Shown here one piece after another: positions 46,271-56,393 of a stretch of DNA of 64,000 nt. The translations under genes were made by a program, and so were the position numbers. The stretch's first letter is position 1. The number at the start of each line of letters is the position of its first letter. Under the pieces are notes generated by a model. That model was not told the DNA's origin. It worked only from the letters and a program-made list of their open reading frames with translations, and searched no databases. This DNA is from Nitrospirota bacterium (GTDB taxonomy: Bacteria; Nitrospirota; JACRHJ01). The stretch lies in contig CAVTDB010000013.1 in NCBI GenBank assembly GCA_963733375.1, positions 64,001 to 128,000 of the forward strand, given 5' to 3'.

Positions 46271-47751
46271 CTACTGCTTCGATTCCAGTTTATCTATCAG
46301 GCGGCCGAACTCGACCTCGAACGCCCCCCGGTTCTTGTTCGTGCTACCCGCCGCCGTTACCGTTACCTGTCCCTTATCGGACCGGATAACCCGGACCCAT
46401 ACCCGCTTATGGAATATGAAGAAGGCGACGAGTATCCCGAGTACCAGCAGCGTGCAGCCCAGCCAGACTACAAGGACGCCAGGGTCGTGAGTCGCCTGGA
46501 GTCCGGTATAGTAGGGCCCGCCATAGCCCGTTATGCCTAAGATATAAGGCACCTTTCTCGGCTGGGAATACGGGTCCTGGTTCAGTATCACGGCCTGCTC
46601 GATCAAGCTTCCGTCCGGGGCCGTAAAGTTGACGATGGCCACGCCTCTGCCGTTGAACTGGTCGCCCTGGGCTATAAGCTGGTGGTTCGGGCCGATCACC
46701 ACGTCCGGCGACATGTCCGCGAGCGTCATGCTTATGTCGCTGCCCTGAAGAGCCGTCCTCTCGCCTCTGTGGAGGGTGTAGTCGTGAACATTTGACCCCT
46801 GTCCCTTTAGCTGCCACGCGAATGGTCATGGCCGCCTGGCTTGGCGATATGCCGTAGGAGGACTGGAAGAACCGGATGCCCTTGTATTCGAGCGGGTCGT
46901 TAACCCGGATGGTCTTGGTCAAAACTTCCTTGCCGCCGTCGATAACCGTCAGGGTGCTTAAGTAGTCGGAAGGCATCCCGCTCGGGTAGAGCTTCAGCGT
47001 AAACTTGTCGCAGCGGACCTGGAAGGGGAGCGGCATCTCGGGGCCGACCTTCAGAAGGAGCGGCGGTTGCGTCAGCCCTATTCTATCTGCGAACCCCGCC
47101 CTCGTTAATCTGGACCCAGCCCTTGTACCCCCAGAAGGTGCCGATGAGCGCGCCGGCGAATATGAGGAGGACGCTCAGGTGCGCGATATATACGCCCAGG
47201 CGCGAGAACTTCCCCTTCTCGGCGAAATACTGTATTTCCTCGCCGGTCCTGTGCTCGCTGGGGGAGTATCCCATAGCCTTGACCGCCCCTTTTGCCATCT
47301 GCGCCGCGGCGTCGATATCGCCCGCCACCATTATTTCTTTCCGGAGCGCCATGTTCTTGATGGTGGCGTCGGTCAAGGGCTCCTGCTTCTTCATGACCAT
47401 CTGGATGACCCTGGGGAGCCTCTCGAGGGTGCAGATAGCAATGTTGGCGGAGAGCGTCAGGAGCAGGAGGACGAACCACCAGGAGTGGTACATGTGGGTG
47501 ATGCCCAGGGCGATCATCAGGTTAAGCGCACCCGGAGCCTTCTGTGGGCCGAACAGTCCAACCATCATGGACATGTTCTTCATGGGGTCGTCCTGAGCGA
47601 CGACCGTGCCGATGATGGATACCAAGGCAAGGATGATGAGAAGTATTACGGTGAGTTTAAGCGAACTGAAAAAATTCCATACCGACTTTAAAGGGCCGCC
47701 CCCGGCCTTTGGGGCTGGGGTTTTGGTCCCGGCGTCCTTTTGCTCTGCCAA
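46271..47751 (-). CDS. resB: Cytochrome c biogenesis protein ResB/Ccs1, frameshifted
   Basis: FSSLKLTV, YHSWWF, YIAHLS, VNDPLEY..FFQSSYG, DPGVLVVW. Confidence 0.88.
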
Positions 47752-47863
47752 TTTTGCCCTACCTCTTTTTCTTGGTTTTTAAATTCCCTGAACCGGATGG
47801 GTTCAAGCCATGAATTTATAACATTTATGCGGAGTTTGTGTCAAGATAATAATCCTTCGGGCC

Positions 47864-48502
47864 TCAGGGTTTAATGCCCGGAAAAACCCGTTTTATTAAA
47901 TCCTTGGAGAGGGCGCCCTCCCTGATAAGGTAGGGCGGAGAGACGGTCATGTCCAGGATGGTGGAAACCGGCGCGCCGTGAGTTGTGCCGCCGTCTAAAA
48001 CCAGGTCGACCGAGTGGGGAAACGCGGCCGCCACCTCTGTCGCCTCAGTCAGCCCGGGACTGCCGGAAATATTCGCGGAGGTGGCGGTCACGGGGCCGCC
48101 GAAGGTAAGGGCCAGTCTCGACGCGACCTCGTGTTTCGGCACGCGGATCCCGATTTTGCGGGTCTTCGCCGTAAGCACTTCCGGCAGGTCTTCGGACGCA
48201 TAAAAAATCAAGGTAACCGGGCCGGGCATCAGCTCTAGGACCGCCTTTTTCGCCTCCTCGGAAAGAAAGGCGGTAAGCTCTTCAATCAGGCCTACGTCTC
48301 CCGCGATAACCGGCAGGGGCTTCCCCGGCCAGCGTTTTTTGGCCGTAAAGACCTCCCTTACCGCCCGCATGTTCATCGCGTCCGCGCCGATAGCATAGTA
48401 CGATTCCGTCGGGTATGCCACCAGCCGCCCGGAACGCAGGACCTCCGCGGCTTCCCTATACGCCTCGTCTAAATTCTCCTTTGTCAGGTCTATAATCCGC
48501 AT
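47864..48502 (-). CDS. tsaC: L-threonylcarbamoyladenylate synthase
   Basis: VAYPTESYY, PGPVT, ATSANISG. Confidence 0.9.
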   Translation of the reverse strand: MRIIDLTKENLDEAYREAAEVLRSGRLVAYPTESYYAIGADAMNMRAVREVFTAKKRWPGKPLPVIAGDVGLIEELTAFLSEEAKKAVLELMPGPVTLIFYASEDLPEVLTAKTRKIGIRVPKHEVASRLALTFGGPVTATSANISGSPGLTEATEVAAAFPHSVDLVLDGGTTHGAPVSTILDMTVSPPYLIREGALSKDLIKRVFPGIKP

Positions 48503-48509
48503 GATACCC

Positions 48510-48605
48510 CTATCTCTTCCGCGCGTTTCCCAGCACTCTGCCGCCGAAGAGGAAAACCACGACGAGGAAAAGTATCAGCAAAATTTCCGACGGGGTCACG
48601 TCCAT
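48510..48605 (-). CDS. 31-aa TatA-like membrane peptide (not in ORF track)
   Basis: MDVTPSEILLILFLVVVFLFGGRVLGNARKR; GGGAGA RBS. Confidence 0.5.
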   Translation of the reverse strand: MDVTPSEILLILFLVVVFLFGGRVLGNARKR

Positions 48606-48729
48606 AAATTTCTCCCAAGTCTCGCGATTAAACGGTTACTCTTATCTGTTGCAAGAAAAAACGGCTGATGCTAGACTACGACAATTATACTAAAACAAGG
48701 CCTGAAAGGCCAGGCGGATTTATTCTACA

Positions 48730-49632
48730 ATGAGCAGAAGAGAAAACGCGCTGAAACATATCAGCAAAAAAGGGCCCGGCCTGGAAATCGGCCCCAGCAT
48801 GAACCCCATGGCCCCCAAGAAAGACGGCTATAACGTCCACATCCTCGACCACGCAAGCCGCGAGCAGTTGCTCGATAAGTACAAGAACCACAACGTTAAA
48901 CTCGAAAAGATAGAAGAGGTTGATTTCGTCTGGCGCGGGGAAGGCTATGCCGAACTGACGGGCAGAAAAAATTATTACGAATGGATCATAGCCTCACACT
49001 TAATCGAGCACGTGCCGGATTTAATCGGCTTTTTGCAGGACTGCGACGGCGTCCTGAAGGAGGACGGGGTAATATCGCTCGTCATTCCCGACAAACGTTA
49101 CTGCTTCGACCGTTTCCGGCCTGTTACCGGGATCTCGAAGATCATCGACAGCCACTTAGGTAAAAACAAGTCCCATACTCCGGGCACCATTGTGGAACAA
49201 ATTTTAAACGCGGTATCCAAAGACGGAAAGATCGCCTGGGACCGCAAGAATTACGGGTCGTATAATCTCAGTAATAAATTAAGTGTCGCGCAAGAGGCGT
49301 TACGGTCCAAGGCTGCCGGGTACAGGGACCGTCATGCCTGGGTCTTCGTCCCCCACTCCTTCAGGCTTATAATCCACGACCTCTTTTGTCTCGGGCTTAT
49401 TCCGTTTCAGGAAGTGGGCTTCTCGCCTACCGAAGGCTGTGAATTCTATATGACATTGGGCCGGAGGGGCAAGGGGATTGACAAATCGCGGCTGGAAATG
49501 CTGCGGATTATAGAATCAGAATGCAGCGTGAGCGAGTATCCGGCGGCGGTTTATAAGGCACTGAAAATGATCGACCGCCTGGCAAAACCAATCTATAAAG
49601 CAAAACGCTATATTAAAAAGCACTACGCCTGA
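48730..49632 (+). CDS. Class I SAM-dependent methyltransferase-like protein
   Basis: GLEIGP, IASHLIEHVPD, VIPDKRYCFD. Confidence 0.75.
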   Translation: MSRRENALKHISKKGPGLEIGPSMNPMAPKKDGYNVHILDHASREQLLDKYKNHNVKLEKIEEVDFVWRGEGYAELTGRKNYYEWIIASHLIEHVPDLIGFLQDCDGVLKEDGVISLVIPDKRYCFDRFRPVTGISKIIDSHLGKNKSHTPGTIVEQILNAVSKDGKIAWDRKNYGSYNLSNKLSVAQEALRSKAAGYRDRHAWVFVPHSFRLIIHDLFCLGLIPFQEVGFSPTEGCEFYMTLGRRGKGIDKSRLEMLRIIESECSVSEYPAAVYKALKMIDRLAKPIYKAKRYIKKHYA

Positions 49633-49636
49633 CCTG

Positions 49637-50308
49637 CTATTCGCCCGCCTCCTTAAACCCTTTTTCTCTTAGCAGACAGCTATCGCACTTCCCGCAGGGA
49701 GCGCCGTCGGGCGCGGGGTCGTAGCAGGAATGGGTCATCTCAAAATCCACCCCGAGTTTGCGCCCCAGCTTCACTATCTCCGCCTTCGTCATTTTAATGA
49801 GCGGGGCGTGGATCTTGAATTTTTCTCCCTCCACCCCGGCCTTCGTGCCCAGGTTTGCAGTCCTTTCGAATGCGCGTATGAACTCAGGGCGGCAGTCCGG
49901 ATATCCGGAGTAGTCAAGCGCGTTCACGCCTATGAAGATGTCGCGTGCGCCCGCAGCTTCAGCCAGCGCAAGCGCGAGCGAGAGGAACACGGTGTTCCTC
50001 GCCGGGACGTATGTGGCGGGTATGCCTTCTCCGATTTTTTTTGCGGAGCGTCCCTTTGGAACGGGCATGTCGGACGTTAGCGCGGAACCGCCGAACTTCC
50101 GGAGGTCGATTTTTATCACCAGGTGCCGGATAGCGCCCAGCGCTTTAGCGACTTTCTTCGCGGCCTTTATCTCAACCTTGTGCCGCTGCCCGTAGTCGAA
50201 CGTGATGGCTTGGCACTCATAGCCTTTTGATACGGCGTACGCGAGCGTCGTCGCGGAGTCCAGGCCGCCGGAGAGAAGAACGATGGCTTTTTTTATTTCA
50301 GAAAGCAT
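49637..50308 (-). CDS. queC: 7-cyano-7-deazaguanine synthase
   Basis: LSGGLDS, YVPARN, GYPDCR, SCY..CGKCDSC. Confidence 0.95.
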   Translation of the reverse strand: MLSEIKKAIVLLSGGLDSATTLAYAVSKGYECQAITFDYGQRHKVEIKAAKKVAKALGAIRHLVIKIDLRKFGGSALTSDMPVPKGRSAKKIGEGIPATYVPARNTVFLSLALALAEAAGARDIFIGVNALDYSGYPDCRPEFIRAFERTANLGTKAGVEGEKFKIHAPLIKMTKAEIVKLGRKLGVDFEMTHSCYDPAPDGAPCGKCDSCLLREKGFKEAGE

Positions 50309-50708
50309 ATTTAAATTTAAAAATTGTAGAAAAGTACCAATACAAAAAGTGAACCTGCCATACAAATAAACCGACTAATGGAATTAAAAATAGCCTCTTT
50401 TTTCTTTTTATGGCAAACCATATGAAAAAACCAATTAATCCATAAAGTAAACAATTTATCATTATTAGTAAAATTACTATTGCTATATAAAGTGGATCAA
50501 ACTTTGAAAGTGAAACAAGTAAACCTGTTGGCCAGAAAATAATTTGAATAGAAATCACCAAGAAGCCAATGGCTACATTGATTGTTCTGTGATTATATGT
50601 AAATGGAAGAGTAACAGGGGGGAATAAATTTATAGTATATGTAACGAACAGAAAAAATATGGGTATTAAAAATCCCGCTAGCATAAATTTCAGAACAAAT
50701 TTCTTCAT
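50298..50708 (-). CDS. AT-rich hydrophobic membrane protein
   Basis: About four TM segments, atypical composition. Confidence 0.55.
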   Translation of the reverse strand: MKKFVLKFMLAGFLIPIFFLFVTYTINLFPPVTLPFTYNHRTINVAIGFLVISIQIIFWPTGLLVSLSKFDPLYIAIVILLIMINCLLYGLIGFFIWFAIKRKKRLFLIPLVGLFVWQVHFLYWYFSTIFKFKYAF

Positions 50709-50730
50709 GTTATTTGTCCCGGCATAAAAC

Positions 50731-50753
50731 AGCCCGATAAATCGGGCAGCTAC
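50731..50753 (-). repeat. GTAG-type REP-like hairpin
   Basis: Minus strand GTAGCTGCCCGATTTATCGGGCT; similar to 6725-6745. Confidence 0.6.
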
Positions 50754-50755
50754 AG

Positions 50756-50986
50756 CTAAATCTCCTTTAACAACTCAAAATATTCATCCCGCGAAATTCC
50801 CGCCGTCCGCAGGTTGTTCTTTATGATGAATACCGGCACTTCAGGCCAATCCGGGATTACAACCGGCCTGTGGGTTCCCGGCTTTGTGAAAACGAAATGG
50901 TCGCCCTCAGTTCTGACGCAGGTGAACCCCGCCTTCTCAAAAATCTTCTTCAGCTTACCTGCGGGAAGAGGGTAGATTTTGGGCAT
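50756..50986 (-). CDS. hicA: HicA family toxin
   Basis: FEKAGFTCVRTEGDHFVF, IIKNNLRTAGISRDEY. Confidence 0.8.
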   Translation of the reverse strand: MPKIYPLPAGKLKKIFEKAGFTCVRTEGDHFVFTKPGTHRPVVIPDWPEVPVFIIKNNLRTAGISRDEYFELLKEI

Positions 50987-51250
50987 TCATTTTGTGGACG
51001 CGAGTTCTGTAGCGACAAGCCTGGGAGCAGTCCAATTGCCGTCTTTTTTGTGGTATCCGCATTCTTCGAGGATGTCTTCGAGGGTACCTATCTTTTCCGA
51101 TTCCTCAAGGAAAAGTCGCACGGCTGTCCTCAGCATCCCCCTTGCCTGCTCAATACTGCTCCCGCAGCTTGAGAGGTCGAGTTCGGGGCAGTAGGAGATG
51201 AAATTATCGCCTTCTTTGAAGATCAGTATGTCGTAATCTATTGCAAGCAT
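50987..51250 (-). CDS. hicB: Short HicB family antitoxin
   Basis: FISYCPELDLSSCGSSIEQA..LRTAVRLFLE. Confidence 0.8.
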   Translation of the reverse strand: MLAIDYDILIFKEGDNFISYCPELDLSSCGSSIEQARGMLRTAVRLFLEESEKIGTLEDILEECGYHKKDGNWTAPRLVATELASTK

Positions 51251-51290
51251 AGTTAAATTATATGGAAAGAAGAGACAAATTGCAATTGGA

Positions 51291-52802
51291 TTATTCCGCC
51301 TTCCCCGCTTCTGGCGGCTTCGGATGCCTTCTGCGCCTACCGGGCTTCTTTGCCGCATCGCCGGGCTGGTCCTGAGCCGTGCCTGGATTGCCGGGGGTTT
51401 GCGTAAGCGGCTTTGCCGCAACCTTTGGCGGTTCACCCGCTGGTCTATCGGACGGCCCTCGGGATGGCCTGGCGCCTGATCTCTCTGGCGGTCTGCCGCC
51501 GGATCTCTCAGGAGGTCTGCCGCCGGGGCCGCCGCTTCTCGCGCCACCCCTGCCCCCTCTGCCGCCGCGTCTCGCCTCCAGCTCCGCGCGCTCTTCGCGC
51601 CTGACCCGGTCGCGCTCCTCCGAGGCCTTTTTCTCCTCCGGCGTGCGTCTCTTCTCCTTCGCGAACATATCTTCGTCCGGCCATGCGACCGGTATCTTCA
51701 TCCCGATATATTTCTCTATCGGCTCAAGTCCGAATACGTACTGCTCGTCCGCGAAAGAGTATGCCTTGCCCGTCGCGCCAGCACGGGCGGTGCGGCCTAT
51801 CCTGTGGACGTAGTCTTCCGGGTCCTGCGGGAGGTCGTAGTTGAATACGTGCGTGACGCCCTCGACGTGCAGGCCGCGCGATGCAACGTCCGTGCCGATG
51901 AGTATCGGGAGGTCGCCGGCCTTGAACTCGTTCAATATCCTGAGCCTCTTATTCTGCGGGATGTCGCCGGAGATCATGTTCGCGGGATAGCCGTTACGGT
52001 TCAGGCGCTCGACCAGCTTCTCCGCCTCGCGCTTCGTGTTCACGAACATCATGCTCCGCTCCGGGTTTTCCTTCTTCAGGAGTCCCAGGAGCAGGCTGAA
52101 TTTTTCCTGCCGCCCGACATGGAAAAGAGACTGTTCCACCTTCTCTACCGTGACCTGCTCCGGGCTTATCTCTATCTTCACCGGGTTATTCATGTGCTCG
52201 TAAGCGAGTTCCATGACCCGGAAGCTGAGCGTCGCGGAGAAGAGCATCGCCTGACGTTTGTCGAACGGGGGCATCCGCCGCAGCATATAGCGAATATCGG
52301 CGATGAAGCCCATGTCGAACATCCGGTCGGCTTCGTCGACCACAGCGATTTCGATATATTTAAGCGAGAGCGCCTTCTGTTTGAAGTAATCTATCAGCCT
52401 GCCCGGCGTACCCACCAGAAAATCTACCCCTTTGTCCAGGTCGTCTTTCTGCTTCTGGTAGTCCACACCGCCATAGACGGCGAGCATCTTGAGCCCGGTA
52501 TGCGCGCCAAGCGTCTTCGCGTCCTCCAGGATCTGGACCGCGAGCTCGCGAGTCGGCGCGATTACCAGCGCTCTTGGAGCGCGGCCTTCGGCTATCTCTC
52601 CGGTAATGGGTTTCAGGCGGTTGAATATGGTGATAAGAAATGCGGCGGTCTTGCCGGTGCCGGTCTGTGCCTGCACGGCGGCGTCCTTTCCGGCAAGCGT
52701 TACCGGGAGGGCGGCTTCCTGCACCGGGGTCAGGTATTTAAACCCTGCTTCCCGGATGCCTTCAAGCAGGTTATTGTCGAGGTTCAGTTGGTCGAATTCC
52801 AT
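51291..52802 (-). CDS. DEAD-box RNA helicase (RhlB-like)
   Basis: AQTGTGKT, DEAD, SAT, HRIGRTAR; RGG-rich tail. Confidence 0.92.
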   Translation of the reverse strand: MEFDQLNLDNNLLEGIREAGFKYLTPVQEAALPVTLAGKDAAVQAQTGTGKTAAFLITIFNRLKPITGEIAEGRAPRALVIAPTRELAVQILEDAKTLGAHTGLKMLAVYGGVDYQKQKDDLDKGVDFLVGTPGRLIDYFKQKALSLKYIEIAVVDEADRMFDMGFIADIRYMLRRMPPFDKRQAMLFSATLSFRVMELAYEHMNNPVKIEISPEQVTVEKVEQSLFHVGRQEKFSLLLGLLKKENPERSMMFVNTKREAEKLVERLNRNGYPANMISGDIPQNKRLRILNEFKAGDLPILIGTDVASRGLHVEGVTHVFNYDLPQDPEDYVHRIGRTARAGATGKAYSFADEQYVFGLEPIEKYIGMKIPVAWPDEDMFAKEKRRTPEEKKASEERDRVRREERAELEARRGGRGGRGGARSGGPGGRPPERSGGRPPERSGARPSRGPSDRPAGEPPKVAAKPLTQTPGNPGTAQDQPGDAAKKPGRRRRHPKPPEAGKAE

Positions 52803-52982
52803 ATGCGATAGACATTTTACACTAATGGCGGATTATTGCAAGTGCCATATGATATTGAACTTGCTTGTCATTCCGAAGACTTCTACGCAAAGGACAGGTT
52901 CCGGCGTCAATATATCGCCTTATTCCCATTTGAAAAGGTTTTACATTCGTGGTATTTTAAAGTAAACCATCAGGAGGGCCCT

Positions 52983-53315
52983 ATGAGAATAGCGGTTTCC
53001 ACCTTTGACGGCAGGACGGTATGCGGGGAGCTCGGAAAATGCAACCGTTTCATGATCTTCGATGCGGACAACCACGGAATTTTAAGGCGCGGTCTCAGGT
53101 TCTTCCCCGGACCTGCCCGCCAGAACCTCCTGGAGGACTGCCAGGCAGTGATAACCCAGGGCATGGGAAGGGGGATGTACGACGGCCTGATGTCCGCCGG
53201 CATCATCCCAGTGCTGACCCTCGAGGAGGACCCGGAGGCGGCGGTGCTTCAGTTCCTGTCCGGGGGCGTTTTAGAGAGCGTTCAGGAGAACTGGTACTCC
53301 AGGGAAGACAATTAA
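52983..53315 (+). CDS. NifB/NifX-like (FeMo-co binding family) protein
   Basis: MRIAVST..GKCNRFMIFD, DCQAVITQGMGRG. Confidence 0.7.
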   Translation: MRIAVSTFDGRTVCGELGKCNRFMIFDADNHGILRRGLRFFPGPARQNLLEDCQAVITQGMGRGMYDGLMSAGIIPVLTLEEDPEAAVLQFLSGGVLESVQENWYSREDN

Positions 53316-53324
53316 AAGAGTCCC

Positions 53325-53978
53325 ATGAAAGACGACGAGCTTCCAAAGGCAATCTCTCTCATTAAAAAAGCCGTAGCCAAGTGGAAGACCCCGGCGGTTA
53401 CGGAAATAGCAAAAGATAAAAATCCGTACCGGGTGCTGGTATCCTGCATCTTAAGCCTTCGGACGCTGGACAGGACGACGGCGGAGGCGTCGGCAAAATT
53501 ATTCAAGCTCGCCGACTCGCCTGGCGAGATGTCCGGCCTGCCGGAGGAAGAGATTGAGCGCGCGATTTATCCCGTCGGCTTCTACCGTACCAAGGCGAAG
53601 GTAATCAAAGAGATAAGCGCCCGGCTGCAGGGGGAATACGGGGGGCGCGTGCCGGATTCCATCGAGGAACTGCTAAAGCTTCCGGGAGTTGGCCGGAAGA
53701 CGGCGAACTTAGTTGCGACGATGGGCTACGGCCTGCCCGGGATCTGCGTGGACACCCACGTCCACCGCATCACCAACCGCTGGGGATACGTCAAAACAAA
53801 AACGCCAGACGAAACCGAAACGGCCCTCCGGGCCAGGCTGCCTAAAAAATACTGGATAGAGATAAACGACCTCCTGGTGACCTTCGGGCAGAACCAGTGC
53901 AGGCCCATCTCTCCGATATGCTCCACATGTCCGGTGTCGAAATTCTGCGACCGGGTGGGGGTAACGGTATCGCGCTGA
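53325..53978 (+). CDS. nth: Endonuclease III
   Basis: Hh[19 protein letters not shown]-x6-C-x2-C-x5-C. Confidence 0.92.
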   Translation: MKDDELPKAISLIKKAVAKWKTPAVTEIAKDKNPYRVLVSCILSLRTLDRTTAEASAKLFKLADSPGEMSGLPEEEIERAIYPVGFYRTKAKVIKEISARLQGEYGGRVPDSIEELLKLPGVGRKTANLVATMGYGLPGICVDTHVHRITNRWGYVKTKTPDETETALRARLPKKYWIEINDLLVTFGQNQCRPISPICSTCPVSKFCDRVGVTVSR

Positions 53979-54299
53979 CTATATTTCCAGGGATATGGAA
54001 TCGTCGGAGCTTTCAGAGTATTTCGGCGTTTCAGGCTTGTGATGCGGGAAAAGGGAAACCCTGGCCATGGACTCCCGGACGGCCATCTCTATTAAAATCC
54101 AGGGAGAGCCAAGCTCTTCGGAGCGGCCAGGGCCGTCCGTCTTGACGAAGTAGTGCGGGGGCAGGGTGTTCAGGGCGAGAGCCGCGACGTCCAGCCTGCA
54201 CTGCTTGCAAGGGCAGAACCTTTCCGTCTCCGACAGGACCTTGTCGATGAAGTAAAGGACCTTGTCGTAGTTTGCGTTCTCAATCCTGGCGCCGCTCAT
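53979..54299 (-). CDS. ComFB family protein
   Basis: CPCKQCRLDVAALALNTLPPHY. Confidence 0.82.
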   Translation of the reverse strand: MSGARIENANYDKVLYFIDKVLSETERFCPCKQCRLDVAALALNTLPPHYFVKTDGPGRSEELGSPWILIEMAVRESMARVSLFPHHKPETPKYSESSDDSISLEI

Positions 54300-54384
54300 G
54301 CGTTCATCTCAGGCTTCCCCGTATAGCGGTTATAAAAACTCGCATCGTGCTTTATAAATCTCTGTAGTTACAATTCAATTAAGT

Positions 54385-54401
54385 AAGCAAAATTCATACC
54401 A
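54385..54401 (-). promoter_or_regulatory. Putative sigma54 promoter
   Basis: Minus strand TGGTATGAATTTTGCTT (GG-N10-GC). Confidence 0.65.
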
Positions 54402-54621
54402 TAATTCAAGCGCGGCTGAAACAGGCGTAACGGCCTGAATTTAAAAGGCTTACGAAAAGTTACGCCGCAACCGGCGAATAACCGATGAGTGAAAATACTC
54501 ACATCAACCATCAAAAAAGAAAGCTTTTCCTCAGGGTATTTATAAATAGCCATGCGGGGGGCGGTATGATAAAATCTATTGCTGACGATAGTTTCCGCCT
54601 TTAGCGCTAAAGTGGAGGGAT

Positions 54622-55365
54622 ATGGATAAGCCAGAGAAAAAGAAGGCGCTGGACGAGCTTGCGGGGTTCATGGAGCGCGCATACGGAGAAAACCTTATTG
54701 CGCTCTATGAGTTCGGCGAAAGCGCGTGCGTGGACTGGGAGGGGAACGGACTGAAAATCCTTGCCGTGCTGGCGACACTGGGGACGAAGGAACTCAGGGT
54801 CATCTCGGAGGACCGGCGCAAATGGGAAAAAAACGGACTGCCCGCGCCGCTCATGCTGACGAAAGAGACCGTCCTCACCTCTGCGGACGTGTTCCCTATG
54901 GAGTTCCTGGAGATGAAGGAGGCAAATCAATTCATCTGCGGGAGCGAGGACGTGCTGTCTGGTCTTGAAGTGCCGCTTTCCAACCTGCGCCGCCAGCTGG
55001 AGGAGCAGGCGAAAGGAAAGCTCATACACCTGCGGCAGTCCTATATCGAGGCCGCCGGGGACAAGAAGAAACTCGGGCACCTTATCGCCGTCTCAATAGA
55101 GCCGTTCACCGAGGTGATGCGGAACGCGCTCCGGCTTTACGGCAAGCCCGCGCCCGTGGCAAAGGAAGAGATTATAGGCCGGTTTTGCGCCGAGTCCGGG
55201 ATAGACCCGGTGCCGTTCAACCAGGCCCTGGAGCTCCGGCGGCAGGGAGTGGGGGGTTTAAAGGGGCCGGTGAAGACAGACCTGGACGGCCTCGAAGCAC
55301 TGTTTTCCAGCTACCTTGAAGAGATAGTCAAAATCGCGGAAAAAATTGACAAGAACTTCAGTTAA
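54622..55365 (+). CDS. Nucleotidyltransferase-like protein, LemA/TPM-associated
   Basis: YGENLIALYEFGES, SADVFPMEFLEM, LRRQLEEQ. Confidence 0.6.
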   Translation: MDKPEKKKALDELAGFMERAYGENLIALYEFGESACVDWEGNGLKILAVLATLGTKELRVISEDRRKWEKNGLPAPLMLTKETVLTSADVFPMEFLEMKEANQFICGSEDVLSGLEVPLSNLRRQLEEQAKGKLIHLRQSYIEAAGDKKKLGHLIAVSIEPFTEVMRNALRLYGKPAPVAKEEIIGRFCAESGIDPVPFNQALELRRQGVGGLKGPVKTDLDGLEALFSSYLEEIVKIAEKIDKNFS

Positions 55366-55375
55366 GTATAGATTG

Positions 55376-55483
55376 TAAAGTCGTTACTTTTCTTTTGGGT
55401 AAAAGAAAAGTAACACAAAAGAAAACCGGACTTAAAAACAAACTTACAAGTTTTTGGCGTTACCTTTTTACCAAAAAGGTAAC
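55376..55483. repeat. Double-hairpin repeat, copy I (inverted orientation)
   Basis: TAAAGTCGTTACTTTTCTTTT..AAAAGAAAAGTAAC ... GTTACCTTTTT-acc-AAAAAGGTAAC. Confidence 0.88.
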
Positions 55484-55499
55484 AGGCTTAAAGGTCTCT

Positions 55500-56258
55500 A
55501 TGCTCAAAGTATTTAAATACCTCCTGTTCCTGCTTCTGATTTTCGCGCCGCTTGCGGCGAACGCGGCCTATGGCGAGCTTCCGAAGCCCAGGGGATTCGT
55601 AAACGATTTCGCGGGGGTGCTCTCCCCGGAGCAGGCAAGCTCTATGGAGGAGTCTCTGCGGGCGCTTAACCAGCGCACTACCGCCGAAATCGCGGTCGTT
55701 ACCGTCCCGGACATGGACGGCTATGCCGGGCCCGAGGAGTACGCAAACGACCTTTTCGCCGCATGGAAGATCGGCAAGAAGGGCCAGGACAACGGCGTCC
55801 TGGTGTTGCTTGCCATGAAGGAGAAGAAGGTCCGGATAGAGGTCGGCTACGGGCTTGAGGGCGCGATAACCGACGGCGCCTCCGGCATGATAATCCGGCA
55901 GGTGATGGCGCCGTACTTCCAGCAGGGCCGCTTCGGAGACGGGCTCTCCGCGGGCGTCCAGGCGCTGGCATCCAGAATACCTCCAGAGGGCGTTAAAAAA
56001 GCTTCTAAGGGCGGTACAAAAAACTATTCCGGCTTCCTGTTCCTTGCGTTTCTCGCGTTCTTAGTCATCCAGTTCGTCCTGCCCGGCGGAGGCTTATGGG
56101 GCCGCAGGCGCGGCGGCATCGGCGGCCCGTTCATCGGCGGCGGCTTTGGAGGCTTTGGGGGCGGGTTCGGAGGCGGCGGGGGTGGCGGCTTCGGAGGAGG
56201 CTTCGGAGGATTCGGCGGTGGCGGCTCCGGCGGCGGCGGGGCGAGCGGGGGCTGGTAA
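55500..56258 (+). CDS. TPM domain membrane protein with Gly/Phe-rich tail
   Basis: VNDFAGVL, IEVGYGLEG, GGGASGGW. Confidence 0.88.
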   Translation: MLKVFKYLLFLLLIFAPLAANAAYGELPKPRGFVNDFAGVLSPEQASSMEESLRALNQRTTAEIAVVTVPDMDGYAGPEEYANDLFAAWKIGKKGQDNGVLVLLAMKEKKVRIEVGYGLEGAITDGASGMIIRQVMAPYFQQGRFGDGLSAGVQALASRIPPEGVKKASKGGTKNYSGFLFLAFLAFLVIQFVLPGGGLWGRRRGGIGGPFIGGGFGGFGGGFGGGGGGGFGGGFGGFGGGGSGGGGASGGW

Positions 56259-56393
56259 CATAGGAAACCCTGGAATCGTGAAAAAAAATAATTCTACCGA
56301 TACTGACGAATAATGTATTCAAAAATAAATAAGCCGTTAATTTGGTTTGAAACAGTAACTGCCAGTCTTTAAACGCAACGAAAGGAAAATGAT

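Noticed and set aside
49637-50308. QueC as part of Dpd or QatABCD defence
   Set aside because: Canonical queuosine QueC with no partner defence genes nearby.
52983-53315. Nitrogen fixation
   Set aside because: Lone NifB/NifX-like domain, common in non-diazotrophs; no nif genes in window.
56105-56255. G-rich tandem repeat
   Set aside because: Ordinary Gly/Phe tail of TPM proteins; the acidic GAA run in rpoD and the ERSGGRPP repeat in the helicase are likewise coding low complexity.
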